Positions 39,691 to 52,208 of a stretch of 64,000 nucleotides of DNA are shown in pieces; within the stretch, counting starts at the first letter, position 1, and every line of letters starts with the position of its first letter. The stretch spans positions 88,662,001 through 88,726,000 of the forward strand of contig NC_086108.1 of the NCBI RefSeq assembly GCF_963921235.1, written 5' to 3'. Made by a program: the position numbers and the translations under genes. Source of the stretch: Mobula hypostoma (taxonomy: Eukaryota). A model generated the notes under the pieces. It was not told where the DNA came from. It worked only from the letters and a program-made list of their open reading frames with translations, and did no database searches.

Positions 39691-42600
39691 ATGCGCTACC
39701 TTTGATTCATTTACCATTAACGGGTAACTGACTGTATGTAGCCTATTAAACCTACCAGCAGATCTTTAAGAAACGGGAGGGTAACTGTAACAACCAGAGG
39801 AAACTGAAACGGCTACAGGGAAAATGTAGAAACTGCACACAGGCAGGATCCAGGATCAGGATCAATCCCAGACCTCTGGAGTTCTGAGGCAGAAGAACCA
39901 ACTGTTGTGTTGGGGAACTTAAGATCAATTAATAACTCTCATGTTAAAATATTATAAAGGATTAAATCAGTTATTTCTTCAAGACATTTTATGACAAGTT
40001 TGAAATTATAATGCTGTTGATAATTACATTTTAGAGGTTGGTTTAAATGCAAAAGTAATAAACCAGGACCACAGCAAAATCTTCTAAGCTGTGGGTCCAG
40101 TTGTTTTTCTGACTGCAGGTTTTGCTATTGTCTCCAAGAAAGCCAGTAACATTCTGCCTACAAGAGCAAGGATCCCTGACTTTGGTGGGTGAACAGATCA
40201 ATAAATTGTTAACTAATATTCCAACCATTCATATGCCGATGTACCGCAGTAGAGTTTATAAAAATAGAGTGAATAATACTGCCTGTCAATGTTTGAGATT
40301 ACATAAATTCGAAAGATACCCAAGAGAATATAGATGGTCAGGTTTGGGGCAAATTGACCATTTGCTGGGTGCATTCAATAGACTGAGTGGCATTTGTAGG
40401 GGAAAGGAATTACCAACTGTTTGGATGGAGACCCTGCATCACAACTGAGAGCATAGAGGAAAGATAGCCAGTGTAGAAGAGGGGGAGTGGTGAGACAGTG
40501 GCAAGTGATGGATGGACTGAGGAAAGGAGCCAGGCAGGGGAGGCAGTGGGTGGGGTTGGGGTCACCTGGAGGCAGAGTAAGTAAAGAGGTCCAGTAAAGA
40601 GGGCAGATAAAGCTAGTTGGTCAGAACAGAAACATGAAGGTGGAGACAACTGATGGAGGGTGATATGTAGGAATACAAAGGCTGCACCTATTACTCGAAC
40701 TTCCAATGCCCCTCTTCCCACATGTGCCTGTCCAGTCTCCCCTGGAAGTTCCATATTCTCACCACTCACTATTGAATATCTTAGTGATTATCTTATGATA
40801 ATCGCCACCATTAGGTGCCTCCTCACTAACAAATGATCCTTCCTGCATACACTCTATCAAAATCCTTGAGCCGCTCCTTTAGGTCACCCCTCAAGCTTCT
40901 TTTCTCTAGAGTAAAGAGAAACAGTCTATTGATTCTTTTTGAATTGTCTTCACTTTCCTGATATTATCCTTGTAAATCTTGGTTGCACTATCTCAGGTGC
41001 CTGTATATCTTTTCCATAATATGTTAACCACTACTGTATGCAATAATTTTAAACTACAATCTACCCAAAGTCTAATGCAGTCTGGCATAACCACACCAAT
41101 TTTCAATTCATTCCCTTCAGAAATATATCTCTATGTTGGGTTTGTTTTTTTATAGTAATCAAGCAAACCTGTGACACAACTTTTAGAGATTGGTATATCA
41201 TATCGCACAAACAATAAGTGATTTTTCTAATGATCCTTCCAAAAATGTATTGCCATGCATTTATCTGTGTTAAAATTAACATGCTAATTATTTGGCTATG
41301 CTGCAATTTTTTAAATGCTCCTTGTAATTTATTGCAATCTTTTTCATGAATGACTGCCCTTCATCACAAACAGATTAATACCATCATAAATTTAGTAATT
41401 ATGTCTTTGATTTGAGAATGTAAATCTTTCAGTTATAAATTGCATACAGCTGTGATCCCAGCCTTGATCCTCGTGGAATATCACTGTTTTGCTTTGCTCA
41501 ACGATGAATAGTTGCATTTTACTCCCACTCTGCTTTCTGTCCTGAAGCCAGTTAACAACTCATTCTACTGCTTGTATCCTGAAAGTATTCTCTGATGCTA
41601 TCTTTGTGCTTCCACCCCGTGGAGTACGTGATGGGTTAACTGGCCATTGTAAGTTGTCCCGTGATTTTGTTAGGATGAAATCGGGGTTATCGGGGTTGCT
41701 GGGCAATGTGGTTTGAAGGGCTGGAAGGGTCTATTCTATGCTCTATCCCTAAAAATTTTCACTGAACCTCCTTGGACTGTCTACATTCCTCGCTTTCTCA
41801 GTAAAGCAGCCAACATAATCAAAGACACCTCCCTCCCCAGGTATTCTCTTATCTTCCCCCTCCCTTTGTGCAGAAGATATAAAGGCTTGAAAGCATGAAC
41901 CACCAGGCACAACGATTACTTCTACCCTGCTGCCATAGAATATTTAATGGCTCCCCAGTACAATAAGAAGAACTCTTGACCTTACAATCTACCTTGTTGT
42001 GACCTTGACCTTATTGTAATTGCTCTGAATTTCTCTGTAGCTACAATACTTTATTTTGCGTTCTGTTATTATTTTACCTTGTATTACCTCAATGCACTGT
42101 TTTAATAAATTGATGTGTATGAATGATGTGCAAGAAATGTTTTTTTACTATACATTGATACATGTGACAATAATTAACCAATTTACCAATGCAAATGAGT
42201 TATTTTATCCATATCCGTAAGAGCAGGATTAAATTATTTGACTCACTGAGTCTGCTCCGCCATTCTATCATGGCTGATTTATTATTTTTCTCAAACCTGA
42301 AGGGATTATGTTTTACGCCAAGGCTCTTTACATCTACCTTGCTGTGTGGAAGGGGGGTAGGGTGTGTGAGGGCCGACAGGACACCTGACAGTCATACAAC
42401 ATGAACATTAAAAAATCTGCAGATGCTAGAAATCCAAAGCAACACACATTAAATGCTGGAGGAAGTCAGCAAGCCAGATCGCATCTATGCAGGTGATATC
42501 AATGTTTTGGGCCAAGATCCTTCATCAGTACTCTTGATACCACACCATATGGAAAATACACTAACCTGGAGGTTCCCAAAATTAATTCAGAATCAGAATC

Positions 42601-43635
42601 AGGTTTAGTATCACTGACATATGTTGTGAAATTTGTTGTTATGTGGCAGCAGTACATTGTCATACACAATAATAAAAGCTGTGAATTATGCTAAGTATAT
42701 TTGTGTCTATATACTTTTATATTCAATAGTTAAATAAGTAGTGCAAAAATAATGAGGTAGTGTTCATGGGTTCAATGTCCATTCAGAAGGGAAGAAGCTG
42801 ATGTTAGCAATGAGGAGAGGGCACGTCTTGGGTGATGGGAGTCCTTAATAATGGATGCCCCCTTTTCGAGACATGACTCCTTGAAGATGTCCTGGAAGTT
42901 GGGGAGGTTAGTGCCCATGATGGAGCTGACTGAGTTCGCAACTTCCTGCAGCTTCTTTCCACCCTGTGCAGTAGCCCCCACATACCAGACGGTGATGCAG
43001 CCAGTTAGAAGGCTCTCGATGGTACAACTGTAGAAATCTGCAAGTGTCTTTAGCGACATATCAAACTTCCTCAAATTCCCAATGAAGTATAGCCGGTACC
43101 GTGCCTTCTTTGTAACAGCATTAATATTTTGGGCCCAGGATAGATTCAGAGATGTTGACACCCAGGAACTTGAAATTACTCACTCTTTCCACTTCTGATC
43201 CCTCGATGAAGACTGGTATGTGTTCCCTTGGTGCTACAGGTATGTACAGTATGTTCCCAATACTTTATTTATTTATCTTGCTTTCCACTCCCAATGCTCT
43301 GATCAAAAACATTATATGTATTTTTATAATTAAAATCCTCTGATTTTCTAATTTTAGCCACCCTTTGGATCCATTATGGTCTCCCATTAAAACACAGTGA
43401 CTAGTGTAAGCAAATATTTAGATCAGCACATGACTCCTAACCTTCTGACTCACAAGTGAGACGGGTTTGACACTGGAAATAAACTAAGGTTTTCTGCTAG
43501 TTGCAACAATTTGTTTTTAACCAAGTGGTTGATTATCATTAACAGTACAAGTATTACTAATTGCTTGTGAAAAACTTGCTAGCACAATAGAAATTAAAAT
43601 TAATTAACATGATTCTTGTCTGATTCCACACTAGT

Positions 43636-43831
43636 ATGGGGCAGCATATTCCTGGTCTGCTTGCTGTGCTTAGCATATTTGTGGAACCTATTGCTGGCTT
43701 TGGAAATGGTCAGGTGACTGTGGCTTGTGACTCCATGATTCCAAAGCATGGTGCCATTCCTCAGATGTCATCAAGCCCTGCCATCATCACTGTGGACAAA
43801 CATGAAATCGATGCTAGTGATCAAATAAAAG
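43636..43831 (+). CDS. FRRS1: FRRS1 first coding exon (signal peptide and start of reeler domain)
   Basis: MGQHIPGLLAVLSIFVEPIAGFGNGQVTVACDSMIPKHG...: hydrophobic leader plus the NG.V..AC.SM.P.HG reeler motif. Acceptor TAG| one base before the ATG, donor AAG|GTACAA. 196 nt. Confidence 0.93.
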
Positions 43832-43880
43832 GTACAAAAAGTTTTAATAGCTAAACAATCCCTGTCATATTTATGTTATA

Positions 43881-44323
43881 GCAATACATCACAAAATGCT
43901 GGAAGAAATCAAGTCAGCCAGCATCCAGAGAGGGGAGTAAACAGTCAATGTTTCGGGCTGAGACCCTTCATCAGAGCTGGAAAGGAAAGAGGAAGATGCC
44001 AGCGTCAGATTCCTTCCTGTTCAGCCCTTTACTGCTTCCAACTATCACCTCCCAGCCTTTTACTTCAACCCCCATCCATTCTCTTTCCTCCCACCTGGTT
44101 TCACTTGTCACCTGCCAGCTTGTATTCCTTTCACTCCCCCCCCCCACTCCATCTTCTTATTTTGGCTTTTGACCCCTTCCTTTCCAGTTTTGATGAAAGG
44201 TCTCAGCTCAAAACATTGACTGTTTGCTTCCTCCATAGACGCTGTCTGACTTGCTGAGTTCCTCCTGTATTTGCCGTGTGTTACTTAAAATTTACAGTAT
44301 TTGCAGAATATCTTGTGTTTAAG
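43881..44323. mobile_element. Penelope-derived element with two inverted hammerhead-like motifs
   Basis: Inverted arms; motif on the minus strand at ~43943-43978 (CUGAUGA AGGG UCUCAG CCC GAAAC AUU) and a degenerate plus-strand copy at ~44185-44222. Imperfect 11-bp TSD TTTATG(T/C)TATA. Confidence 0.8.
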
Positions 44324-44740
44324 TTTATGCTATAATTACCTTCAGGTATTCTTTTCTGTTGAAATCTATTTTTTAAAGTTTAAAGCAAAACATGTCCAGG
44401 TATAATTTTTTAGCTGTGTTGTATTATTCAGAATGCTCTCTGTGCTTTCTAGTTTGTTTTCATACTGCTATGGGATGAGATGTACTCTGAAGATATTCTG
44501 TCCTATAAACAGAGAACTATTGGATCAACTTGAATTATGGCTTCATTAATGCTCCTTGAGCCTAACTATATCACAAGTGATGAACCTCATGGTGAAGTGA
44601 ATCGTGATGTAAATCATCACCCACAAGTTTCTATGACCATCTTGGTGATAATCAACTTCATTTATGCACACCAATGAAAATACCAACAATCACTTGAGAG
44701 CAGGTTTTCAAAGATTCAAGGTGCATTTATTATCAAAGTA

Positions 44741-46394
44741 CAATGCCTATAAAACATATTCACCACCCCCACCCCTTGAGAGTTTTCATGTTTTATTGTT
44801 TTACAACATTGAATCACAGTGGATTTAATTTGGCTTTTTTCACACTGATCACAGAAAAAGACTCTTTCGTGTCAAAGTGAAAACAGATCTCAGATCTCAA
44901 CAAAGTGATCTAAATTAATTACAAATATAAAACACAAAATAATTGATCGCATAAGTATTCACCCCTTCAAGTCAATATTTAGCAGATGCACCCTTAGCAG
45001 CAATTACAGCCTTGAGTCTGTGAGGATAGGTTTCTACCAGCTTTGCACATCTGGACACTGCAATTTTTCTCCATTCTTCTTTACAAGACTGCTCAAGCTC
45101 TTTCAGATTGCATGAGGTTCATGAGTGAACAGCCCTGTTCAAATCCAGCCACAAATTCTCAATTGGATTGAGGCCTGGACTCTGAATGGTCACTCCAGGA
45201 CATTAACTTTGTTGGTTTTAAGTCATTCCTGTGTATCACTGGCTTTATGCTTGGGGTCATTTCTTGCTGGGAAAAAGAAATCTTCTCCCAAGACGCAGTT
45301 CTCTTGCAGACGGCATCAGGTTTTCCTCCAGGATTTTCCTGTATTTTGCTGCATTCATTTTAATCTCTACCTTCACAAGCCTTCCAGGGTCTGCTGCAGT
45401 TAAGCATCCCCACAACATAATGCACCCACTGCTATGCTTCACAGTAGGGATGGTGTGTTTTTGATAATGTGTGGTATTTGGCTTATGCCAAACCAAGCGT
45501 TTAGTCTGATGACCAAAAAGCTCAATTTTGGTTTCGTAAGACCATAGAACCTTCTTCCAGCTGACTTCAGAGTCTTCCAGATGCCTTGTGGCAAACTTTA
45601 GCCAAGGTTTCATGTGTGTTTTTTTCAAAGTGGCTTTCTCTTTGTCACTCTCACATAAAGCTGCAACTGGTGAAGCACCCAGGCAACAGTTGTTGTCTGC
45701 ACAGTCTCTCCCATCTCAGCCACTGAAGTTTGTAACTCCTTCAGAGTTATCATGGGTCTTTTGTGGCCTCCCTCAATAGTCCGCTTCTTGCACGGTCACT
45801 TCGTTTTTGAGGACAGCCTGCTCTAGGCAGATTTACAGTTGTGCCATATTCTTTCCACTTTTTGATGATTGACTTAACTGTACTCCAAGGGATATTCAGT
45901 GACTTGGAAATTTTCTTGTATCCATTTCTGGACTTGTGCTTTTCAACAATCCTTTTGCGGAGTTGTTTGGAGTGTTCTGTAGTCTTCATGGTGTAGTCTT
46001 TGCCAGGATACTGACCCGCCAGTAGTCACACCTTCCAGACACAGGTATATTTTTACTGCAATCATCTGAATCAATTTGACTGCACACAGGTCTCCAAAAA
46101 CAGATGTCCATTTAACTAATTATGTGATTTCTAAAACCAACTGTCTGCACCAGTGATGATTTGGTGTGTCATATTAAAGTGAGGTGAATATTTATGCAAT
46201 CACTGATTTTGTGTTTTGTATTTGTAATCAATTTGGACCATTTTGTGGAGATTTGTTTTTACTTTGATATGAAAGAGTCTTTTTCTGTTGACCAGTGTCA
46301 AAAAAGCCAAATTATATATACAGTGATTCAATGTTGGAAAACAATAAAACATGAAAACTTCCAGAGGGGTGGTGAATACGTTTTATTGGCACTG
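44741..46394 (-). mobile_element. Full-length Tc1-family DNA transposon (IR/DR type) with a defective transposase (~45989 to 44972)
   Basis: ~220-bp terminal inverted repeats starting CA(G/A)TGCC, TA duplication (44739-40 / 46395-96), paired-type HTH (GYKKISKSLNIPWSTVKSIIKKWK), VLWS(Y)ETK and IMLWGC motifs. Frameshifts are present. Confidence 0.95.
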
Positions 46395-48742
46395 TATGTA
46401 TGCAGTACACAACCCTGAAATTCGTCTTCCCCACAGACAGTGAGAAAACAAAGAACCATGGAACCTACCCATTTAAAGGAAAAGATCAAACATCAAACCC
46501 CTCCCCAAGTGCAACAAAATCACCCAAACAGTAACAAAAAAAAAGAGCGAAAACACAGAACATAAAACACAAACTCAAAAGGCATATTTCAGTACAGCGT
46601 TCCTTACCTGCGGGCCACTCTGATTCAAAAATCGCCCATGAGTAGTAACAAAAAAAAGTGACCAGAACAAGAACTAGAACTAGAACACATCAAAAGTCTG
46701 AATTAGAGTCCATATCTACAACCTGCATCAATTAAACCTTGCTCCGGGACCATCCACAGACGGCATCAAGGGAGAAAGAGGTCACTCGAATGCAAGGACC
46801 CTCCCCCAGGAATAGCATGTGAGAGAAAACGAGACACCGCCATCTTCAAATGAACGAGAGACTGGTAGATGGTGCTGAATGCTCGCTCGCCTTCCACACC
46901 CGTCTCTGATGATTTTGATCTTCCTCAACACTTTACTCAGTGAGATTGGCAGGAAGTGGAGTTGATCATGGGCTCGCGCCCCACCTTCTGGCTTCCTGGC
47001 CTCCATGCTGCCTTGTGAAAGATTTTCGGAGAGAGCAAAGCACCAGATCACCCAACTGGCCTGAAATCACACCACCAGAATGTAGATTACAGGCTCTAAC
47101 AATAGCAGAACCGTATCTGAAATAGAAAGAAGATGATAGAAAAGAAGTGAAAAGAATTTCTTCAGGACCCATCTTGAGGATCTCGCTTTTGGTAGTGTAG
47201 TTTGCTGGCGTCATCTTCCTGCCTTCTCCTCTTAACGTTTGGTGCCTAGACTAATTCTCAACAGTTTTAATTCAGAATCAGAATCAGGTTTATTATCACT
47301 GGAATGTATTGTGAAATTTGTTAATTTAGCAGCAGCAGTTCAATGCAATACATAATACTGAAGAAAAATAATAATAAATAAATAGGTAAATCAATTACAA
47401 TATATGTATGTTGAATAGATAAAAAATTGTGCAAAAGCAGAAATAATATGTTAAAAAAGTGAGGTAGTGCTCAGGGGTCCAATGTCCATTTAGGAATTGG
47501 ATGACAGAGGGGAAGAAGCTGTTCCTGAATCGCTGAGTGTGTGTTTTCAGGCTTCTGTATCTCCTACCTGATGGTAACAGTGAGAAAAGGGCATGCCCTG
47601 GGTGTTGGGGTCCTTAATAATGGATGCTGTCTTTCTGAGACATCGCTCCTTGAAGACGTCCTGGGTATTTTGGAGGCTAGTACACAGGATGGAACTAACT
47701 AAATTAACAACCCTCTGCAGCTTCTTTCAGTCCTGTGCAGTTACCCCCCGCCATACCAGACAGTGATGCAGCCTGTCAGAATGCTCTCCACAGTACGTCT
47801 ATAGAAGCTTCTGAGTGTTTTTGTTGACATACCAAATCTCTTCAAACTCCTAATGTCTGGCCTTCTTTATAGTTGCATTGATATGTTGGGACCAGGTTAG
47901 ATTCTCAGAGATCTTGATACCCAGGAGCTTGAACCTGCTCACTCTCTCCACTTCTGATCCCTCTATGAGGATTGGTGTGTGTTCCTTTGTCTTACCCTTC
48001 CTGAAGTCCAAGATCAGCTCTTTCATCTTACTGACATTGAGTGCCAGGTTGTTGCTGCGACACCACCCCACTAGTTGGTATATCTCACTCCTGTATGTCC
48101 TCTCATCACCACCTGAGATTCTGCCATCAATGGTTGTATCATCAGAAAATTTATAGATAGTATTTGGGCTATGCCTAGACACACTGTCAACTAACTTCTC
48201 TACAAAGTCTGAAGAAGGGAACATTTGACTAAAGTCTTGAAGAAATAAAATCAATTGTTGTGGGGAAAATAGTTATTTTTGATTGTGATTGGGATTTCAC
48301 AGACACTCTACTCCGACCACCTCCAAAGTAATTCAGTCATTAAAGGTATCAAAGTTTTTAGGTTAATTAATTACATTGTCATGAACAATGGGTTGAATGA
48401 GCACAGGGTTGGATAGACATTAATGATGCAAATATGGTAATAAATTATTGCAGATGTGAATGGATTTTATTTAGAAGAAAAAAACACATCCCATGGATTT
48501 TTTCCTTCTATTTTGCTTTCCTTGACATTCAAAAGCTGATGTGACAGGCTTATTTCAGCTTTTGAACTGGTCACCTGTGAAAGCCTGGGATGAACCTCTC
48601 ACTGATTTTCCTGTCCACTTGACAGGAAGTTGCCTGGCGCCCTTCTCGTCACTCTTGGTCAACTACTGAATACAGTAATGATGACTGCTTGTTTGTGGGC
48701 TGTTTGCTTCCCCTATCTCAAACTGTTTTCCCTTGGTTGCAG

Positions 48743-48891
48743 TTACCCTCACCGTGAGGCAGTCTGGAACTTCACTCCAAGGATTTTTTATACAAGCACG
48801 AGATGCTGATGACCTAAATGCTGGACCTCTTGGGAACTTTACTTTGATTGATGATCAGAACTCCCAGCTCTTGACGTGTGGGGGTGTGAAA
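48743..48891 (+). CDS. FRRS1: FRRS1 coding exon 2 (VTLTVRQSGTSLQGFFIQARDADDLNAGPLGNFTLIDDQNSQLLTCGGVK)
   Basis: Reeler motif GF.IQAR...G.F.L...SQLLTC. Acceptor TTGCAG|, donor AAA|GTGTGT. Phase 1 in, phase 0 out. Confidence 0.93.
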
Positions 48892-49795
48892 GTGTGTATG
48901 CCATCTTGTGAATTTTAAGACTGGTGCAAAGTTACTAGACCAGGAAATTTTTTTTTTTATTCATAATCGACTGTAGGACATAAATCTCCTGTTGCTGGTG
49001 GGATTTGAATATGTTCCTCCAGATCATTGTCTTTAGTTTGCTAATTCAGTCCCCAACCTCCATGCAACCATTCAAATTGTAGTAGAGATCATCATATGGT
49101 AATCAAATAGATCATCATAAGTCTGTTGAGGCAAGTAAAGAAGTAAAAAGGCAAGAAGTTCATTCACATACCTCTTAAAGAAAGTACCGTGTTTTTGAAA
49201 TTTTTGATTTACCCAGAGTAGAGCAATCTCTAGATGTCTCAGTTCTTCATGACAAATTTGCGTTCTCCAATTTTTTTTTTTTGCTTTAATTTTCCCTTTT
49301 TTTCTGATGTAAGATTCCCTTAATCTATATCAATGATCGCATAACAAGTAACATTTGGCTATCAAAAAATTTAAACCTCATTCATACCAAAAATGTCAGT
49401 TCTGACTTGCGAAACAACTAGCTTTTATGAAACACTTCACCAAGAAACTGTGGCATTAAATGGGCAACTCTTAAACTGCATTTTTTTCTCATATTTCAAG
49501 ACCTGGGCATCCTTGGCAAAGTTAGCATTCAATTGTCCTTGAATTAAATGATTTGCAAGCCCATTTCAAAGGACATTTATGAAAGAACACATTTGTGAGT
49601 CGAGTTTCATCCAAGTCCAGACTGGTCAAGGATGGCTGATTTCCTGCCCTGAAGGTCATTGGGTTTCTACAGCAATCTGATAATTTGATGTTCATCATCA
49701 CAGTCCACAAAATTGTTAACTGGATTTAAATTCCAGGTCTATCATGATGTGAATTGAACTCTGGGAGCCTGAGTCACTATTACAGTAATTTAACT

Positions 49796-50001
49796 CACAA
49801 ACATGAGAAAATCTGCAGACACTGGAAATCCAAGACAACACACACAAAATGCTGGAGGAACTTAGCAGGTCAGGCAGCATCTATGGAGGGGTATAAACAG
49901 TCCTGATGAAGGGTTTCAGCCTGAAACGTTGACTGTTTATACCTCTCCATTGATGCTACCTGATCTGCTGAGTTCCTCCAGCATCTTGTGTGTGTTGCCA
50001 T
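49796..50001 (+). mobile_element. Penelope-derived fold-back element with a hammerhead motif
   Basis: ~67-bp inverted arms (49836-49902 / 49931-49997) and a 12-bp TSD AGTAATTTAACT (49784-49795 / 50002-50013). Confidence 0.85.
49895..49938 (+). ncRNA. Minimal type I hammerhead ribozyme motif (intact core)
   Basis: AAACAGUC-CUGAUGA-AGGG UUUCAG CCU-GAAA-CGUU-GACUGUUU: helix I, conserved core, helix II, palindromic ACGU helix III and a GUU cleavage triplet at 49928-49930. Confidence 0.7.
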
Positions 50002-50799
50002 AGTAATTTAACTGCCGTGCCAACATGGAGATTTTATATCTCCTAAAACTTTAAATATATCTTTTCAAGTGTTCCCTCATAAAGGTCAGGATCATGGTCA
50101 TGGACACTCTCCTGAGGCTAGGACCCTTAAGCGTCTGCTGGTGATCTTTGCCATCTATGATAGTTTACTGCTGTATTAGGGAAGTCACGCAAACTTCCGC
50201 CCACAAGGTGATTTTATCTACTTCCTCTTCAGTCTGCAGGACTAGGTAGTAGAGGAATGATCAATTGCCTGCATTGGCTTCCCCACATTGTGGCAATCAG
50301 GATTATTCCTTCATTGAGACATCCCTACCTGTAGTCCTGTATAGTTTACATGATGCCCATCCTGACCTCTACTGCTGTCTGGGTGGAATTTTCCTATCCT
50401 CCCTGTGACTACTTTGGTTTTCTCCAAGGACTCTCAGAGAGTTTTTCCCACTCCCCAATGATATATAGGTTGGTAGGTTGATTGGTCATAGTTAATTGCT
50501 CCTGGTGTGAATGGGAGGGTTAGGATTTGTGTAAACGGGTGATGGTTGCCATGAACTGGATGGGCCAAAAGGCCTGTTTTTATGATGGACTACTTTATGA
50601 CTATACCTCTAAGCTGTCTCCAGCAGTATTCTCTTTCACGAACCTGTCCAAGTCCCAGTCCCACTGAACCTCCGGAGAACTCTTCTCCATACCTCTCCCA
50701 CAACTTCCCATTCCTCACACTCTCACCAAACCCACTACTCTGACCATCAGCAGCACTTGTTTCTAGTGAGAGAGAACATTGCCTGCAGAGATTACATCT

Positions 50800-51990
50800 G
50801 CTGTTTCTGCTTCTGCTTGGTACTGCGCAAGCACTTCTGGATGGCTGTTATAACGCGCAGTCGATGTGAACGGCGTGGGAGTTAAATTGTTAAATAAGCT
50901 TTTTTGACTAGGTCCCCTAAATTGATTTGATTTAGTCTATCCTTAAAAATGTTAATGTCAGAAATACTGCGCAGGTCTGGCGGCAGAAGATTCCACTCTC
51001 TTGTTGATCCTGGGTAGAGGGAGTACTGGTAGCAAATCTTATTGAATGAAAGAGTTTCCTATATGTGAGGTCCAGTTTGCTGTCGAGTTGAACTGACTCT
51101 GTGACGAATTTGGATGTTTGATGGAGTAATGTTGTGACCTTCTTTGAAAATGAAAATTAACTGTAGTTTAATATGTCGGTTTTCAAGTGGTTCCCACTGA
51201 AGTTTAGAGAGCATGTAGGTGACACCAGATTTCCTGCTGTAATCATTTAACACAAAACGAGCAGCACGGCATTGGATTTTCTCAATGGACTTCTGATTGT
51301 TAGCTTGATGGGGATCGCATATGGCCGTGCAATACTCAGGCTTTGGATGGAAGAGTGTCTTGTATGCCATGTCCTTGACGGATTTACTACGAGTGGAGGT
51401 TTCTTCTCAGGATACCCAGTATTTTATTTGCTTTGGCTGTAATTTGATTGATGTGAGATGACCAGTTAAGATCCTTGCTAATTTCAACACCAAGATATAG
51501 GTGGTGAATGACTGTTTCAAGAATCTGTCCATTCATGTTATATGTCGTGTTGATTGGTTTAACTTTGTGACTGACATGCATAGCTGTGGTAAACCATATT
51601 TTTTATGTTGTAACCGGGTTAACTGTCTGGACACGCCCCTCTGCTGACTGCCCCTGTGGCTCCTCACACACGTCCCTGAATAAAGGCGATTTCGCCCTGC
51701 TCCTCCCCCTCAGACCAGGGACAGACACTCAGCATGGGGGTCACGTTTTACTGCGAATAAAAGCCTTTCAGTATTTACCCTACTTCAGTCGTTTGGAATT
51801 ATTGAAGGCGCTTCAATAGCATAACATTTAGATGAGTTGAAGGACATTTGCCATTGAGACTCCCATTGACATAATGAATCAATATCGTTTTGCAACAGCT
51901 GAGCATTTTGGTCATTTTTTTATCTCACAGTAGATTGTGCAGTCATCTGCAAAAAGTCTGACTTCGGACTTGACTATATTGTTTAACATT
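50800..51990 (-). mobile_element. CR1-group LINE of a different lineage (RT C-terminal half plus 3'UTR), interrupted by a solo LTR
   Basis: RLFADDC, WQMSFNSSKCYAMHV, YLGVEISKDLNWSSHINQITAKANKILGILRRNL and IEKIQCRAARFV motifs; (AAGCAG)n tail. Confidence 0.82.
51585..51815 (+). mobile_element. Short solo LTR (231 bp)
   Basis: TG...CA ends, 5-bp TSD ATAGC (51580-51584 / 51816-51820) and two AATAAA. Excision restores KCYAMHV in the host LINE. Confidence 0.88.
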
Positions 51991-52208
51991 GGGACATTAG
52001 ATCAGCAGAGAACTGTGTTGGTATCAGAACACTGGAGAACGCAACAGCACTGTTCTGTAGACTGCAATTGGAGTTGTCTTCTGTGCAGCAGTAGAAGTCT
52101 CACAATGGTGCTTAAACAGCAAAAACAAAAAGGTGTGGAACAATTCTTAACTTTCTATATAATCTGCTTAATACACAACTTATGTTGAGCATTGTTTCTC
52201 TTCCATAG

